From a virus: a stretch of 64,000 nucleotides of DNA. This document shows, piece after piece, positions 39,401 through 48,439 of the stretch (its first letter is position 1; each line of letters begins with the position of its first letter). The stretch covers positions 1-64,000 of IMG/VR virus record IMGVR_UViG_3300009094_001034; one strand, 5' to 3'. The translations under genes and the position numbers were made by a program. The notes under the pieces were generated by a model that was given only the letters and a program-made list of their open reading frames with translations, was not told the origin of the DNA and ran no database searches.

Positions 39401-39451
39401 GGCGGTGTCTGCCGCGGTGCCGATCGTGATGGTCTTCTTGATCGCCGCCAT
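36434..39451 (-). CDS. Tape measure protein
   Basis: 1005-aa Ala-rich coiled coil; C-terminal FARGGVV...DTVPAMLTPGE motif. Confidence 0.9.
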   Translation of the reverse strand: MAAIKKTITIGTAADTAAVEKLNQTLRQLFKTAEGSQDEIAKSAAELKGNFTAMQNQLKMAEQQLRANGVTGKEFAQATLQVRAAMSDAKTGVDAFAISAKTQGTTVRELQSVYRATKDELGHFRTALDQVNTASQGAEAKQESMLGTLTRVAGGVAILYKSWQLLKDTVSEGLTFDKDLSQVAMSIQEHKGGFGGARAFLSDLSFGASKGTIFNADETINAIEKFRDSGFDVAQMTKENLSPILLAATATMQDLGDVADTVAESMDQFNLPLSETERMANAVTVAFRETGLTAQEMQVALRDAGSTAKASGTAYEDYIAVLARLKALGVSGDRPATFQRRFFSAINAPKASELATLARRGVNIYQTPESFDAGIGAADTIGRFGGQVPGSLGRAASTVGSEIGSTLRNMQENARATQEMQQQLVDLDREQAHASAEMRSYGALAKAAAGDVDDLKDQQGAFRDQLEETTAALQATKAHLGDVRNEIQQLANPRISGMDAFDDEVARLEMAAKREELQLLRSAEAGAKFGDSLKHSAGTASELKTRLQELKSAELVGERAYNDRAFQIQQQMKRFELEKLKLAPHQLFEQNALSRRIAGLQREFSIVNLEKDLAFDPARRGIDDALKAGGTPMNVQDAIAEAQRLGPQLAAAQEREAGGKQRVDALRRAAQAKGLERDVTYGDDLLAIKKAQRAAAEAAGITAPEQSAAAILGRLPGLGAEGRLFAARVGELESAQDDQKAVVRGYDDAIKDASETMDAYKEKQDNATESSEFLKDSISKLELRFEGMEKPLKSQIAILNEMASSNWTVADSFDFMGQRAGSMLVSLLGPNNERIKDLNDLKKAFDDMNAAEDGASNVLGTPWGRAQVIQAEAQNVQIKAGEVTVNAANGFIDKIKGADWGSSGWKLAAQGADLWARETFDFNHFARGGVVPGIGYRDTVPAMLTPGEEVLRRDDPRHRANGGGTTIVNIHNPVIRSEHDLHAIQERVSRALANELRRVRTGLPA

Positions 39452-40065
39452 CAGCCGAGGACGGTGGAAACGACTCGCTCAAGGACCGACGTCATCACCT
39501 CCTCGGCGTCATCGAACACGGAGGCCGTGCTGCGCTCGAACCAGTGCTGCGCGGGAATGCCGCGCTGGTTTCCAGGTGCGCGCTTCGTGGAGTGCTCATA
39601 CCCCAGTTCATCCACGGCATGGTTCTGCGTTCCGACTTCGGTGAACCAGGCGTAGTTGTAGCGTTCCTTCCCGCGTGCGTGGGCGAGGACGCGAGCGACC
39701 ATCTGGCGCTTCTCGCGCTGGAGCTTGTCGGCGCGGATGCCGTAATCCCGCAGCAGTCCCGAATCCACCGGCGATGCGGCGCGCGCGTTCTCCGCCGCAT
39801 CGGCGGCAATCTCCTGCATGCGGTTGGCGAGCGCATCACCGACGACCGATCCTTCACTCACGTCGTCGATGGCGGCGTCGAGCCGATGCACCCGCACAAT
39901 CAGGTCATCGAGCGATAGGGTGTCTGCGGTGAGGAACCCCATGCCCTGCGTCATCGTCTGGCGCAGTTGCATGAGCGACGCGCCGTAGCGCTGGAGCCCG
40001 CGGGCATCAGCGTCTGCGACCTCCACGGTCAGCTCTGCGTCGATGGCGTCGTAGATGGCCTGCAT
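39451..40065 (-). CDS. Putative tail completion protein (HK97 gp10-like)
   Basis: YE..T....GIPAQHWF-like motif; in tail operon. Confidence 0.4.
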   Translation of the reverse strand: MQAIYDAIDAELTVEVADADARGLQRYGASLMQLRQTMTQGMGFLTADTLSLDDLIVRVHRLDAAIDDVSEGSVVGDALANRMQEIAADAAENARAASPVDSGLLRDYGIRADKLQREKRQMVARVLAHARGKERYNYAWFTEVGTQNHAVDELGYEHSTKRAPGNQRGIPAQHWFERSTASVFDDAEEVMTSVLERVVSTVLG

Positions 40066-40079
40066 GAATGGGGATGTGG

Positions 40080-40325
40080 CTATCGGGGGGAGCGGCGCGC
40101 GAGCGCTGCAAGTGCGGCAAGTGCGGCTTCTCGGGACGGCGGTGCGGTACCTTCACTCTGGGGCCGGTTCGCGCTCTCGGCAATCAGCACCGCTCGCAAT
40201 GCGGCGACGACTTCGACGGGCAGCGCGAGCACGCCGGCGCCGTAGCGATCGACGAGTCGCGCCGCTTCCACGGCCGGGTGGTACGTGCCCTCCCGGACCG
40301 CGGCGTCGATCGCTAGTCTTTTGGG
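40080..40325 (-). CDS. Tail assembly chaperone GT extension (via -1 frameshift)
   Basis: Slippery heptamer C CCA AAA at 40325-40319 opens into this frame. Confidence 0.75.
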   Translation of the reverse strand, partial: PKRLAIDAAVREGTYHPAVEAARLVDRYGAGVLALPVEVVAALRAVLIAESANRPQSEGTAPPSREAALAALAALARRSPR

Positions 40326-40687
40326 TCCTCCGCGTTGCGAAGGGATGCGCTTACCGTGTCGTAGAGCGATGAGCAGGCCGTCACGAGTACCTTAACGTCG
40401 GTGATGGGCAGACGGTTGATCGTCGTCTCGTTCAGCGGCACATTCGAACCGTCCGGGTTCTTCCACGTCCACTCCTTCGGCACGGAGCGGAGGATGGCGG
40501 ATTTCTTCGTCACACCGTAGCTGAACGGGATCTCCACGGTGCCATCGGCGCTGGGCCGGATCCCCAGGGAATCGAGCTTCTCCATGAGCGTCTGCTCCAC
40601 GGCGACGTGGTCGAGATAGTCGACGCGGAGCGTGACGTCGATCTTCTGTGCGGGCAGGTGGACGGTGGTCTCGTTTACGGAGGCCAT
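40313..40687 (-). CDS. Tail assembly chaperone G
   Basis: Between tail tube and TMP; ends EDPKD at the slippery site. Confidence 0.75.
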   Translation of the reverse strand: MASVNETTVHLPAQKIDVTLRVDYLDHVAVEQTLMEKLDSLGIRPSADGTVEIPFSYGVTKKSAILRSVPKEWTWKNPDGSNVPLNETTINRLPITDVKVLVTACSSLYDTVSASLRNAEDPKD

Positions 40688-40726
40688 GATGAGGAATGGG
40701 TGAATAGTGGATTGCGGGGGATGCCG

Positions 40727-41929
40727 TTAGGCGTACGTCGAGATCGCGTTCGTGATCAGCACCTTGATGTCGAAGCCGTCCGACGAGGAGTACTGCGCGC
40801 GGCCGCTGTGCTGCTCGCGCACGATGTCTGCGCCACCGAGCGGGGCACCGGAGGGGTCGAGGACGAGCTTCGGAATCTGGTAGCGCAGCGTGTCGCGCGA
40901 GGCCGTACCGATGAGGTTTCCAGTGGCGGTGATGTCGAGCGCGAGGCGCGTGCGCTGGCGCATCGCGTCGAGGTAGGCCACGTCCTTGTGGAGCCAGGAC
41001 CAGGACGCGCTGGCGCTGTAGGAGGAGACGAGGATGTCCACGGGGTACCGGGAGAAGTCGGTCGTGCCGCCCGGCGCGTGCTCCGGCTCGAGCTTCTGGT
41101 TGAAGTTCAGGGTGAACTCGTTGAAGCGTGCGACCGCGGCCACGGTGCCGAGCGTGCCCCCGATGCTGGTGGTCGTTCCACCGATCCAGGGGATCTGCGG
41201 CGTCGAGCTGGAGTAGGACGGCGTGCGGTTCGAGAGCACGCAGTAGTCCCCCGCAGTCTTCGCGCTGGCGATCGCCAGGAATCCGATGCCCGTTCCGTTG
41301 GCGTTCACCGACGTGAGCGTGACCGTCTCCTCGTTGGCGGTACCGAAGCCGAGCTTGAACACATCGCCGACCACGAGGCCGTAGTTCGTGTCGAGCACGG
41401 CCGTGGTGGCCCCGATGGAAAGGTTGGCCTGCAGGGTCGCCGTAACGAAGCTGTAGCGCGCCATGAGTTGCAACTGCGCGTAATGCACATTCGACTTCTG
41501 ATTCGCCGTGAGCCCGCCAAAGTGCGCGCCGACATAGCGGCGTGCGTACTTCGCATCTCCATTGCCGAGGTCGACCGAGTACGTCGGGATGTTGCCGGAG
41601 TTGTTCGACGTCCACGCGTGCGTGTACGAGCTATCCGAGACAGACCCCGTCGTTGGAAGTCCGAACATCCCCGTGAGGAAGTAGCCGAACGTGCCGACTT
41701 GGATCGGCATGGTGATCGGACCCGAAGGCGCGGCGTTCTTGCCCGCGACCACGAAGTACTCCTCGGCGCGGCTGTCTGCGGCAACGGGAACAGTCTCGTT
41801 CTCGAACGGGGACGTCACTCCCTCGCTCTCGAGGTAGAAGAAATTGCCCGGGATGACGGCAGCGCCGGGAGTGGTCTCTTTGCCGATCGCGCCGTAGCCG
41901 CGCTTACCGGATGCGTAGAAGGTGCTCAT
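40727..41929 (-). CDS. Major tail tube protein
   Basis: AIGKETTPG N-terminus, YTH, position in operon. Confidence 0.75.
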   Translation of the reverse strand: MSTFYASGKRGYGAIGKETTPGAAVIPGNFFYLESEGVTSPFENETVPVAADSRAEEYFVVAGKNAAPSGPITMPIQVGTFGYFLTGMFGLPTTGSVSDSSYTHAWTSNNSGNIPTYSVDLGNGDAKYARRYVGAHFGGLTANQKSNVHYAQLQLMARYSFVTATLQANLSIGATTAVLDTNYGLVVGDVFKLGFGTANEETVTLTSVNANGTGIGFLAIASAKTAGDYCVLSNRTPSYSSSTPQIPWIGGTTTSIGGTLGTVAAVARFNEFTLNFNQKLEPEHAPGGTTDFSRYPVDILVSSYSASASWSWLHKDVAYLDAMRQRTRLALDITATGNLIGTASRDTLRYQIPKLVLDPSGAPLGGADIVREQHSGRAQYSSSDGFDIKVLITNAISTYA

Positions 41930-41944
41930 GGTGTGGGCAGGGGA

Positions 41945-42133
41945 TTACGAGGACTTGCGGGGAGCGAGCTTGCGGGGTTCGGGTGACTCAACGCGCCGGA
42001 AGTTCACGCCGTCACAGAGGGCCGCGGCGACCTCCGGAGAGACCTCGCGCGTCTCGCCCGGCCCGACGAGTCCGACAAGAGAGTTGATGCGGCCGGTGCT
42101 GTTTGGGTTCTCGATCGTCACGGTCGTGGACAT
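41945..42133 (-). CDS. Small virion-operon protein
   Basis: GETREVSPEVAAAL pattern seen before tail tube genes. Confidence 0.5.
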   Translation of the reverse strand: MSTTVTIENPNSTGRINSLVGLVGPGETREVSPEVAAALCDGVNFRRVESPEPRKLAPRKSS

Positions 42134-42143
42134 GGGTAGGCGT

Positions 42144-42614
42144 TTAGGTTCGTGGGACGAAGTACTGCGCTTCACAGACGATGGTGCCGACCATCAGCGG
42201 TGGGGTGCCGGTCGTGAGGAACGTGATGCTGTTCTCGACGATCCGGTTCAGCGCGCAGCCGTTTGCGAGCTGGCCTAGTTGAAGGTTCGCGTCTGCCCGC
42301 AGGGCCGTCAACGCGCACTCGTGCAATGTCACGAAGTCGTCGTACTGCGTCTGCGTATCGAGGTAGCGGTCGAAGATGAGGATGCGAGTCCGGACGCGCA
42401 CCTCGTCGGCCCCTGTGACGCCGGCCTCCTCCAGGTTGTCCGGCGGCAGCGCCCGTGTCGTATCGAGCGACCAGAATGGATACTTGAGCGACGTGTCGGC
42501 GAGGTTCCTGCGTGGCCAGAGGTAGCCCGCGGCGAACAATCCCGCACTCGCACCGGTGATGGTGGTGAGCACAGCTCCGATGCCGTCTCGGTGAAGGCGA
42601 ATCGGCGCGCTCAC
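42144..42614 (-). CDS. Tail terminator-like protein
   Basis: Position and size; LRADANL motif. Confidence 0.55.
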   Translation of the reverse strand: MSAPIRLHRDGIGAVLTTITGASAGLFAAGYLWPRRNLADTSLKYPFWSLDTTRALPPDNLEEAGVTGADEVRVRTRILIFDRYLDTQTQYDDFVTLHECALTALRADANLQLGQLANGCALNRIVENSITFLTTGTPPLMVGTIVCEAQYFVPRT

Positions 42615-42997
42615 GGCGTGGCGTTGGTAGTGTCGCGCCAGGTGTTGAGCGCGAGGAGTAACTGCGTGTCGAAGGCCCGAATCGCGGCGATCTGGTACAC
42701 GACACCTGCGGCTGTGGTGATGAGGTCTGAAGTCTGGATCTGGGTCGGGACCGTGTACACCTTCGTGCGGCCTTCGAACGCGACATCTGCGGGTGCGTCG
42801 ATGAGCATTTCCCCGACACCGGTCATGGGAGACACGAAGATTCGAAGGTCGGAGATGTGCGCGGCGGCAGGGATCGATTGGCCGTTGCCGTTCTCGATGA
42901 GGCGGCGCACCGTCGCGGACTCACCGAGGGCGTCGATGATGGACGCGACGTCGGCGCGCATCGCCGCCAACTCCGCACTGGAAAGTTGCGACGGCAT
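42611..42997 (-). CDS. Head closure (stopper) protein
   Basis: Position; start MPSQLSS. Confidence 0.55.
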   Translation of the reverse strand: MPSQLSSAELAAMRADVASIIDALGESATVRRLIENGNGQSIPAAAHISDLRIFVSPMTGVGEMLIDAPADVAFEGRTKVYTVPTQIQTSDLITTAAGVVYQIAAIRAFDTQLLLALNTWRDTTNATP

Positions 42998-43626
42998 CAC
43001 CCCCGGTTGATAGAGAACGTGCTCACGTCGGCAACGTTCGTGGCGATGGCTGCGAGCGCCGCAGTCACACGGGCGCGGCAGGCGTCGCGAAGGTCGGCCC
43101 AACGCTTCGACTCGTTGCCACGCGTCACGCTGTCGGGACCAACGCTGAAGTCGAACTTGCCGGCGGCATCCGTCGATCGGCGATTGAAGGCCCGCTCGGA
43201 TGCGGCGTCGAGTGCAAGCGGAATCCACTCGTTCGGGAGCGCCGTGATGACCCACGTCCCCCCGTAGTAGTTCGTCCATGTTGCGTTCGCCGTGGGCGCG
43301 GAGAGGAGCTTTAGCGTGCGGCCGTAGATAGAGAAGTGATCACCGATGAAGTAGTACGCGCCGGCGGCGTCTTCGAGGCGGTAGGACGGATAGCCCACAG
43401 CATCCACGTCGATCGAGGTCGACGTGATCCAGTCGGCGGGGAGCGCGTAGTTCTTCGTTCCCGAAAGCGCGCTCAGGCTCGTCGACGTGGCCATCGGGGC
43501 AACGGCGGAAATGCGGGCCAGCGCATCATCGCGCCACTGGTCATAGAGCTCGTTCGCGTAGACGGCGGTCACTCCGTCATCGCTCGCCTCGCGGCGCTGC
43601 CGTGTGCGGAAGTCTGCTTCGGTCAC
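42997..43626 (-). CDS. Head-tail adaptor-like protein
   Basis: Position; YALPAD motif. Confidence 0.55.
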   Translation of the reverse strand: MTEADFRTRQRREASDDGVTAVYANELYDQWRDDALARISAVAPMATSTSLSALSGTKNYALPADWITSTSIDVDAVGYPSYRLEDAAGAYYFIGDHFSIYGRTLKLLSAPTANATWTNYYGGTWVITALPNEWIPLALDAASERAFNRRSTDAAGKFDFSVGPDSVTRGNESKRWADLRDACRARVTAALAAIATNVADVSTFSINRG

Positions 43627-43635
43627 GGTGGTGGG

Positions 43636-44415
43636 TTACGCGGTCGGTTCGATCGCGATGCGAGAGCAGTAGATCTCTTTCGCGACGTTCTCTTGGGTGG
43701 CGATCTGGATTGGGGCGCCAAGCGTGGCGGTCATCGACGGAAGATTCGTGGTGTTCGTCGCCGCGAGCACGTCGTTGATGTAGCACTTGATGTCGTCCGC
43801 GGTCGGGACGATCTTCACCTCGTATCGCGTACTCACGGCAATCGCGACAGCAGTCGTTGTGACGGTCTGCGTTGCCGCGTCCGATGTGACGAAGCGCCAG
43901 AAGGCTGTCCCGTCGACGGCGGTCGAGTAGCGGAGCATTGCCGCATTCAGGGTCGACACGCCAAGGTCATCCGACGCCATCAGCGTAGTCATCTCTCCGG
44001 AGGTCGCAGCACCGACGCCCGCGTAGATGCGGCATGAGGCGAGCGAAGATCCGGTCTTGAAAACCATGTAAACCGTCTCCGTGTTTCGGAGGTTGCAGCA
44101 ACCCTGCGACGGCGACCAACCGCCACGCGCTGCGGTCGTCGCAGCTGAGGTGTATCTCACGTAGTGACTCGTGGCATCCGGACTCACGAGGGCGGTACCC
44201 GTTGCCGTGACGGAGATCCCAAGGCCTTGGGATCCGACCGCCGTCGCCTGGAACGTAAATGGCGCGAGCTTCATGTAGTCGACGCCGGCACTCGTGATGC
44301 CGAGGTTGTCGCGCGCGTCTTCTGCGGTTGTTGCGCCCGTGCCGCCGTCTTCGACGGCAACCGGAAGATCGACGCCTCCGCCTCCGCCCGAGCCGTAGTC
44401 TTGGATATTCAGCAT
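43636..44415 (-). CDS. Virion fibre/decoration protein
   Basis: GGTGATTA..AR.NLG; C-terminal domain paralogous to that of the tail fibre. Confidence 0.6.
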   Translation of the reverse strand: MLNIQDYGSGGGGGVDLPVAVEDGGTGATTAEDARDNLGITSAGVDYMKLAPFTFQATAVGSQGLGISVTATGTALVSPDATSHYVRYTSAATTAARGGWSPSQGCCNLRNTETVYMVFKTGSSLASCRIYAGVGAATSGEMTTLMASDDLGVSTLNAAMLRYSTAVDGTAFWRFVTSDAATQTVTTTAVAIAVSTRYEVKIVPTADDIKCYINDVLAATNTTNLPSMTATLGAPIQIATQENVAKEIYCSRIAIEPTA

Positions 44416-44418
44416 GGG

Positions 44419-44811
44419 TTAGCCGGCGTTACCTTCGGACGTCGAGACCGCAAGCGAGCACGCCGTGAGCGTCCCGGTTCCCTTCGCGCGCACGCGGATC
44501 TTCGCGTTCGCGACGTCGAGGAGGATGCTGGTCGCAGTCGCACTCGTGCCCCAGTCGGCAGGCAGGAAGATGAACACCGCAGGGTAGAGCGCGACGGAGC
44601 CCTCCGTCGCCTTTACGGTGCTGTAGGGGCGCCAGGTGCCGTCCGGTGACGCGAGATCCACCATAACCTCCATCGACGTGAGGCTGGCGAGCGTGAAATC
44701 GAGGTCGAGGCTAACGCGCGCGGAGTTACCGATCTGCGCGTCCCCAGACGCCACGTAGCTCGTCGTCAGGATCGCGGCTGCACGGAGGACTGTTGGGGAG
44801 TCGGTGAGCAT
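44419..44811 (-). CDS. Putative virion decoration protein
   Basis: Beta-rich 130 aa in the head operon. Confidence 0.5.
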   Translation of the reverse strand: MLTDSPTVLRAAAILTTSYVASGDAQIGNSARVSLDLDFTLASLTSMEVMVDLASPDGTWRPYSTVKATEGSVALYPAVFIFLPADWGTSATATSILLDVANAKIRVRAKGTGTLTACSLAVSTSEGNAG

Positions 44812-44867
44812 GGAGGCGGGTCAGGGCTGTGTGCCCTGACGATGCGGTCGTGTGCGAGAGGCGGTCA

Positions 44868-44907
44868 AACCAAAGAGACACCCTGTTTGCAGGGTGTCTC
44901 TTTGGTT
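44868..44907. terminator. 18-bp perfect hairpin, probable terminator
   Basis: AACCAAAGAGACACCCTG-TTTG-CAGGGTGTCTCTTTGGTT. Confidence 0.7.
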
Positions 44908-44919
44908 GTGTGTTTGAGA

Positions 44920-45555
44920 CTACGGAGTCTCCAAGTCCACGATGCGCGCGGTGAGTTCCGCGAGCACCGCCTGAACATCGGTCCCAACGACGGTCGAGAT
45001 CGCGCCGGTCGAGATCGCCGAGGCGGCGTGCGCGGCCGAGGCATCGCTGGTGTGCGCCGTTACGAGGGTTGCGGCATCGGTCGCGACTTCCTCAACTGCC
45101 GCTTGCACCGTCGACGCTGCGATAGTTCCAGCGGGAGTGAAAGCAATCGCGGTCGCGGCATGTGCGGCATCAGCGTCACCCGTGTGGTTCGTGACGAGGG
45201 TTGCGGCATCGGTCGCAACCTCTTCCACCGCTGCCTGCACGGTCGAGGCGGCGATGGTTCCGGCCGGCGTGAAGGCCACGGTGGCGGCGGTCTGCGCACC
45301 GAAGGCGAGGACTTCCTTCCAGTCTCCGTTCACGGACGGAGTGTTGGTGGCGAGGATGTAAGTCTTCCCCGTGTCGCTCTGGATGGCGACGTCGCCCTTT
45401 CGAGCGGAGCTCAACGCGAGACGCGCAGCCTGGTTCGCGACGACGTTCACGTCGGTGATGGCGAGATCGACGTCATAGGTTGCGACCGGCTGGCCGTTCG
45501 CGTCCGTGGTGATGTACTTGTTCGCGGCCTGTACCGGAGGGAGAGGAAGGGACAT
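44920..45555 (-). CDS. Head fibre-like protein with 44-aa tandem repeats
   Basis: AFTPAGTIAASTVQAAVEEVATDAATLVT twice, 132-bp period. Confidence 0.7.
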   Translation of the reverse strand: MSLPLPPVQAANKYITTDANGQPVATYDVDLAITDVNVVANQAARLALSSARKGDVAIQSDTGKTYILATNTPSVNGDWKEVLAFGAQTAATVAFTPAGTIAASTVQAAVEEVATDAATLVTNHTGDADAAHAATAIAFTPAGTIAASTVQAAVEEVATDAATLVTAHTSDASAAHAASAISTGAISTVVGTDVQAVLAELTARIVDLETP

Positions 45556-45619
45556 GAGAGTGGTTGTGAACGAAGGGGGAGGGATGTGTCTCGACGCTAC
45601 GGTCGCTCGTACGGGGCGG

Positions 45620-45850
45620 TCAATTCAGCGCGAGTCGAACAACGTTCTTCATGCGCTTCTGCACTTCGACGTACTGCTGAATCTCGGAGTTGAGATACGT
45701 GGAGAGAAGTTCGGCGAACTGCTCGGGCGACAGGGCGAAGGAGAACAAGACACGCTCGCGGCCCGTGGTCGTGTCGACGCGATGCGTGAATCGATGGCGC
45801 AGGTGCACGAGGTACGCAGCGAAGTTCGTGTCTGAGGTTGTGGATGTCAT
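45620..45850 (-). CDS. DUF5659-like protein
   Basis: TSDTNFAAYL...RVLFSF motif. Confidence 0.6.
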   Translation of the reverse strand: MTSTTSDTNFAAYLVHLRHRFTHRVDTTTGRERVLFSFALSPEQFAELLSTYLNSEIQQYVEVQKRMKNVVRLALN

Positions 45851-46179
45851 TGCATGCGGACAGGAACGTGCTGGGCGCGGTCGATGCCGATGGCGTGACG
45901 TTCGTCGTAGCGGCGGCTGAAGGTGAGCTTCGCGTCGTTGATGCTTCGACGCCAGTCGAGCCGATGGAGAATGAGACGGAGCCACTCACCGGGCCCCTCT
46001 TGGAACTCCGCGAATTCTGAGACCGCGGCGAGCTTCAGTCGAAGGTCGGTCGTGAGCCGGTATTTGATCCAGTAAGCGCGCTTTGAGTGGTTGCGCGAGT
46101 CGCGGTCCGCTTCAAGGGAAAGCAGCGGATCGATGGTCTGCAGGTAGCGTGTGTATGCCGCGGTGATGGAATCATGCAT
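45847..46179 (-). CDS. Hypothetical protein
   Basis: ATGA coupling. Confidence 0.5.
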   Translation of the reverse strand: MHDSITAAYTRYLQTIDPLLSLEADRDSRNHSKRAYWIKYRLTTDLRLKLAAVSEFAEFQEGPGEWLRLILHRLDWRRSINDAKLTFSRRYDERHAIGIDRAQHVPVRMQ

Positions 46180-46212
46180 GTGAATTGAGAGGTACGCGAA
46201 AAGGGGAGAGCC

Positions 46213-46518
46213 TTAGCGGCCCTTCCCCTGGTTCGCAGACTTTGGCTTGGGAAGCGGTTTCGGCTTCGGCTTCTGGACGGGCCTTTCCTCGGGGTCGAGG
46301 GCGTTAAGAGGCGTTTCCTCGGCCGGCGCATCCGCTTGGACCTGTTCGACAGGCGCCTCATCGATCACGTCATGCGGATCGCGGGGCGGTTTCTCGGAGG
46401 TGACGGCGAACGTCCAGCGGTCGGCGGGGTCCGCCTTCGTGGTGAGGTGCGCGACCTCCTTCTCGTTGAACCAGCGTTCGCGGGTGCCGTCTGGGGAGCG
46501 CAGCTTCGTATCTGCCAT
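46213..46518 (-). CDS. Hypothetical protein after capsid
   Basis: 101 aa, Pro/Lys-rich tail. Confidence 0.55.
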   Translation of the reverse strand: MADTKLRSPDGTRERWFNEKEVAHLTTKADPADRWTFAVTSEKPPRDPHDVIDEAPVEQVQADAPAEETPLNALDPEERPVQKPKPKPLPKPKSANQGKGR

Positions 46519-46593
46519 AGGAAATGGGGTGAAAGTTACGAGTACGCGCAGAGGGGAAGTCTCCTTCCCCTCCGGCGTGTACCAGGAACCTTG

Positions 46594-47499
46594 TTAGGCG
46601 CCGCGTACCGGGAGTCCGAGCGTCGGACGAACGCACTTCACCCCGTAGAGCACGTCGTAGGTCTGAAGGACCGCGAGGTCCTTCTGCGACCAGGACGAGG
46701 TGTAGCGGATGCCGAGCTTGCCCTGCGGGTCGTAGGCGACGGCGCTCTTCACCGCGCCGCCGAAGTCGGCGGACGGGTCGTAGAGCGCGGCCGACGCCAG
46801 CGCGAGCGCGTCCGGATGCATGGCGATGTTGTTGTCGCCACCGCCCGCGCGGGAGATGTTCTGATCCATGTAGATCGTGAAGCCGAGCAGGTTGGTCAGC
46901 TTCGCGTCCTGGATCGCCGAGGTCGAACCGATGGTGTTCGCCTGGATGAACAGCGACTGCGACAGGAAGTCGCTCTCGGTCTGGGTGCCGACGATCATCA
47001 CGAGGCCATTCGGCGCCTTGGCGTCCTTCAGGCGCTTCCCCGCGAGGCGGATGGAAGCCGGATCGGCAGCGGTACCGAGGGTACCAACGGCGGTGCCGGT
47101 GAAGTTCGCAGACTCAGCGACGAGGTCGTCGTCGATCTGGTCGGCCAGCGCCTTCATCGCGCTGTCGGCGAACATCTGCATGTCGTCGTCGATCATGAGC
47201 GTCTTCGCGACGTCCTCGACGCCCGTGGAAGCCTCGTAGTGCTTGTCGAGCGTGATGGTGGTGTTCGCGTAGCTCGGAGCCTGGAGGGTGATTTCCGTCT
47301 GAACCGCCTTCGCGTTCACGGAGACCGTGAGCGGGTTGAGGATGTTCACGCGGTCGCCCTTCTTCTTGAACTCCTTCTCCCACGTGCGGTTGACGATGCC
47401 GGGGAGCACGACATGGTTGGAGAGAGCCTCAAGGCCCTTGTTCGCGTAGATCTGCGGGATATTCGCCGCAGCGGTGGTTTTAGAAACGATTGTTGCCAT
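46594..47499 (-). CDS. Major capsid protein (P22 coat/HK97 fold)
   Basis: IPQIYA, GDRVNI, ITLDK, LADQIDD, YDVLYGVK..RP. Confidence 0.88.
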   Translation of the reverse strand: MATIVSKTTAAANIPQIYANKGLEALSNHVVLPGIVNRTWEKEFKKKGDRVNILNPLTVSVNAKAVQTEITLQAPSYANTTITLDKHYEASTGVEDVAKTLMIDDDMQMFADSAMKALADQIDDDLVAESANFTGTAVGTLGTAADPASIRLAGKRLKDAKAPNGLVMIVGTQTESDFLSQSLFIQANTIGSTSAIQDAKLTNLLGFTIYMDQNISRAGGGDNNIAMHPDALALASAALYDPSADFGGAVKSAVAYDPQGKLGIRYTSSWSQKDLAVLQTYDVLYGVKCVRPTLGLPVRGA

Positions 47500-47531
47500 G
47501 GGTGGCGTTGGGGGTTGTTAGCCCAGAGGTG

Positions 47532-48323
47532 TTAGCCGCCGCTTACTTGCCTGTCGATGGCCTCCTTGTGCTTCTTGTAGAACGCGTAGTCGGCGATCTG
47601 CTCGGCAGTGAACGTCTGTCCGCTCGTACCCGTACCAGGGCTCCCGCTCGAGCCAGCGCCGGACTTGCCGGCGTACTTGCTCTTGGAGAGGTAGTCGCGC
47701 GTGGAGAGGAACTCTTGGGCCTTGGATTGGAGGGGGGTGTCGGTGTCTCCGTCGATGACCACGTTCATCGTGGTCGGATCGAGCGTGACTTTGTGTGCGT
47801 TTTTGAAGAGCTGTACGGCTGCCTCGGGGTCCACCGCATCAGCAGCGAACAGCGCAAGGAGTGCGTTGTCGATCTTCGTGAGCTCGAGCTGCTTGCGCCA
47901 GCTGTCGCGCTCCTGTTCGGCGGCGGCCTTCGCCTCCTCGAACTTCTTGCGGTCAGCTTCAGCGCGCTCGCGATCGAGAGCGATGATCTTCTCGAACTCG
48001 CCCTTCTCTTCGAGGCGCTTGCGCTCCTTCTCCTCCTGTTCCTTCGTCGCGGCATCTTCCTTATCGCGGTAGGTCTTGAGGAGAGCGTCACGCTCTTCGA
48101 CGAGCTTCTGTGCAGCCTGGATCTCTGCCGAGGTCCGCTCCTTCACCTTCCCGAGCTTTTCGCTGAGGATCTTTTCGAGCGCGGCTTGCTGCTCGGGCGT
48201 GAACGTGACATCGGGCTTCTCCGGTTTTACGCCATCCGTGGGCGCCTGCGTTGGGTCCGCTGCAGGGGGCGTAGTCGAAGGATCGGTGTCCTTCGGGTCC
48301 GTAGTTGAAGGCTCGTCAGCCAT
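47532..48323 (-). CDS. Capsid scaffolding protein
   Basis: P/D/T-rich N-terminus, charged coiled coil, GAGSSG tail; directly upstream of capsid. Confidence 0.8.
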   Translation of the reverse strand: MADEPSTTDPKDTDPSTTPPAADPTQAPTDGVKPEKPDVTFTPEQQAALEKILSEKLGKVKERTSAEIQAAQKLVEERDALLKTYRDKEDAATKEQEEKERKRLEEKGEFEKIIALDRERAEADRKKFEEAKAAAEQERDSWRKQLELTKIDNALLALFAADAVDPEAAVQLFKNAHKVTLDPTTMNVVIDGDTDTPLQSKAQEFLSTRDYLSKSKYAGKSGAGSSGSPGTGTSGQTFTAEQIADYAFYKKHKEAIDRQVSGG

Positions 48324-48439
48324 AGTTGTGGGGTGGGATGAAATGCCGATTAACGTCCGTCGACGCGCATGAGGTGCCTGCCGTGCGAGCAGTTTTGTAC
48401 GCTAGTTTCATTCGCGCCTTTGCAGGCAGCGAGGCCGGG

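Noticed and set aside
37985-39655. Long antisense ORFs (also 54305-56203 -, 21577-23010 -, 40607-41986 +, 31544-32818 +, 51802-53040 +)
   Set aside because: Shadow ORFs of real genes caused by high GC3; no motifs
31051-44415. Diversity-generating retroelement TR/VR pair between the two fibre C-termini
   Set aside because: Similarity is at protein level only, no adenine-specific mismatch pattern, and no RT gene
45050-45290. CRISPR-like repeat array
   Set aside because: 132-bp in-frame coding repeats with synonymous differences; no spacers and no cas genes in the window
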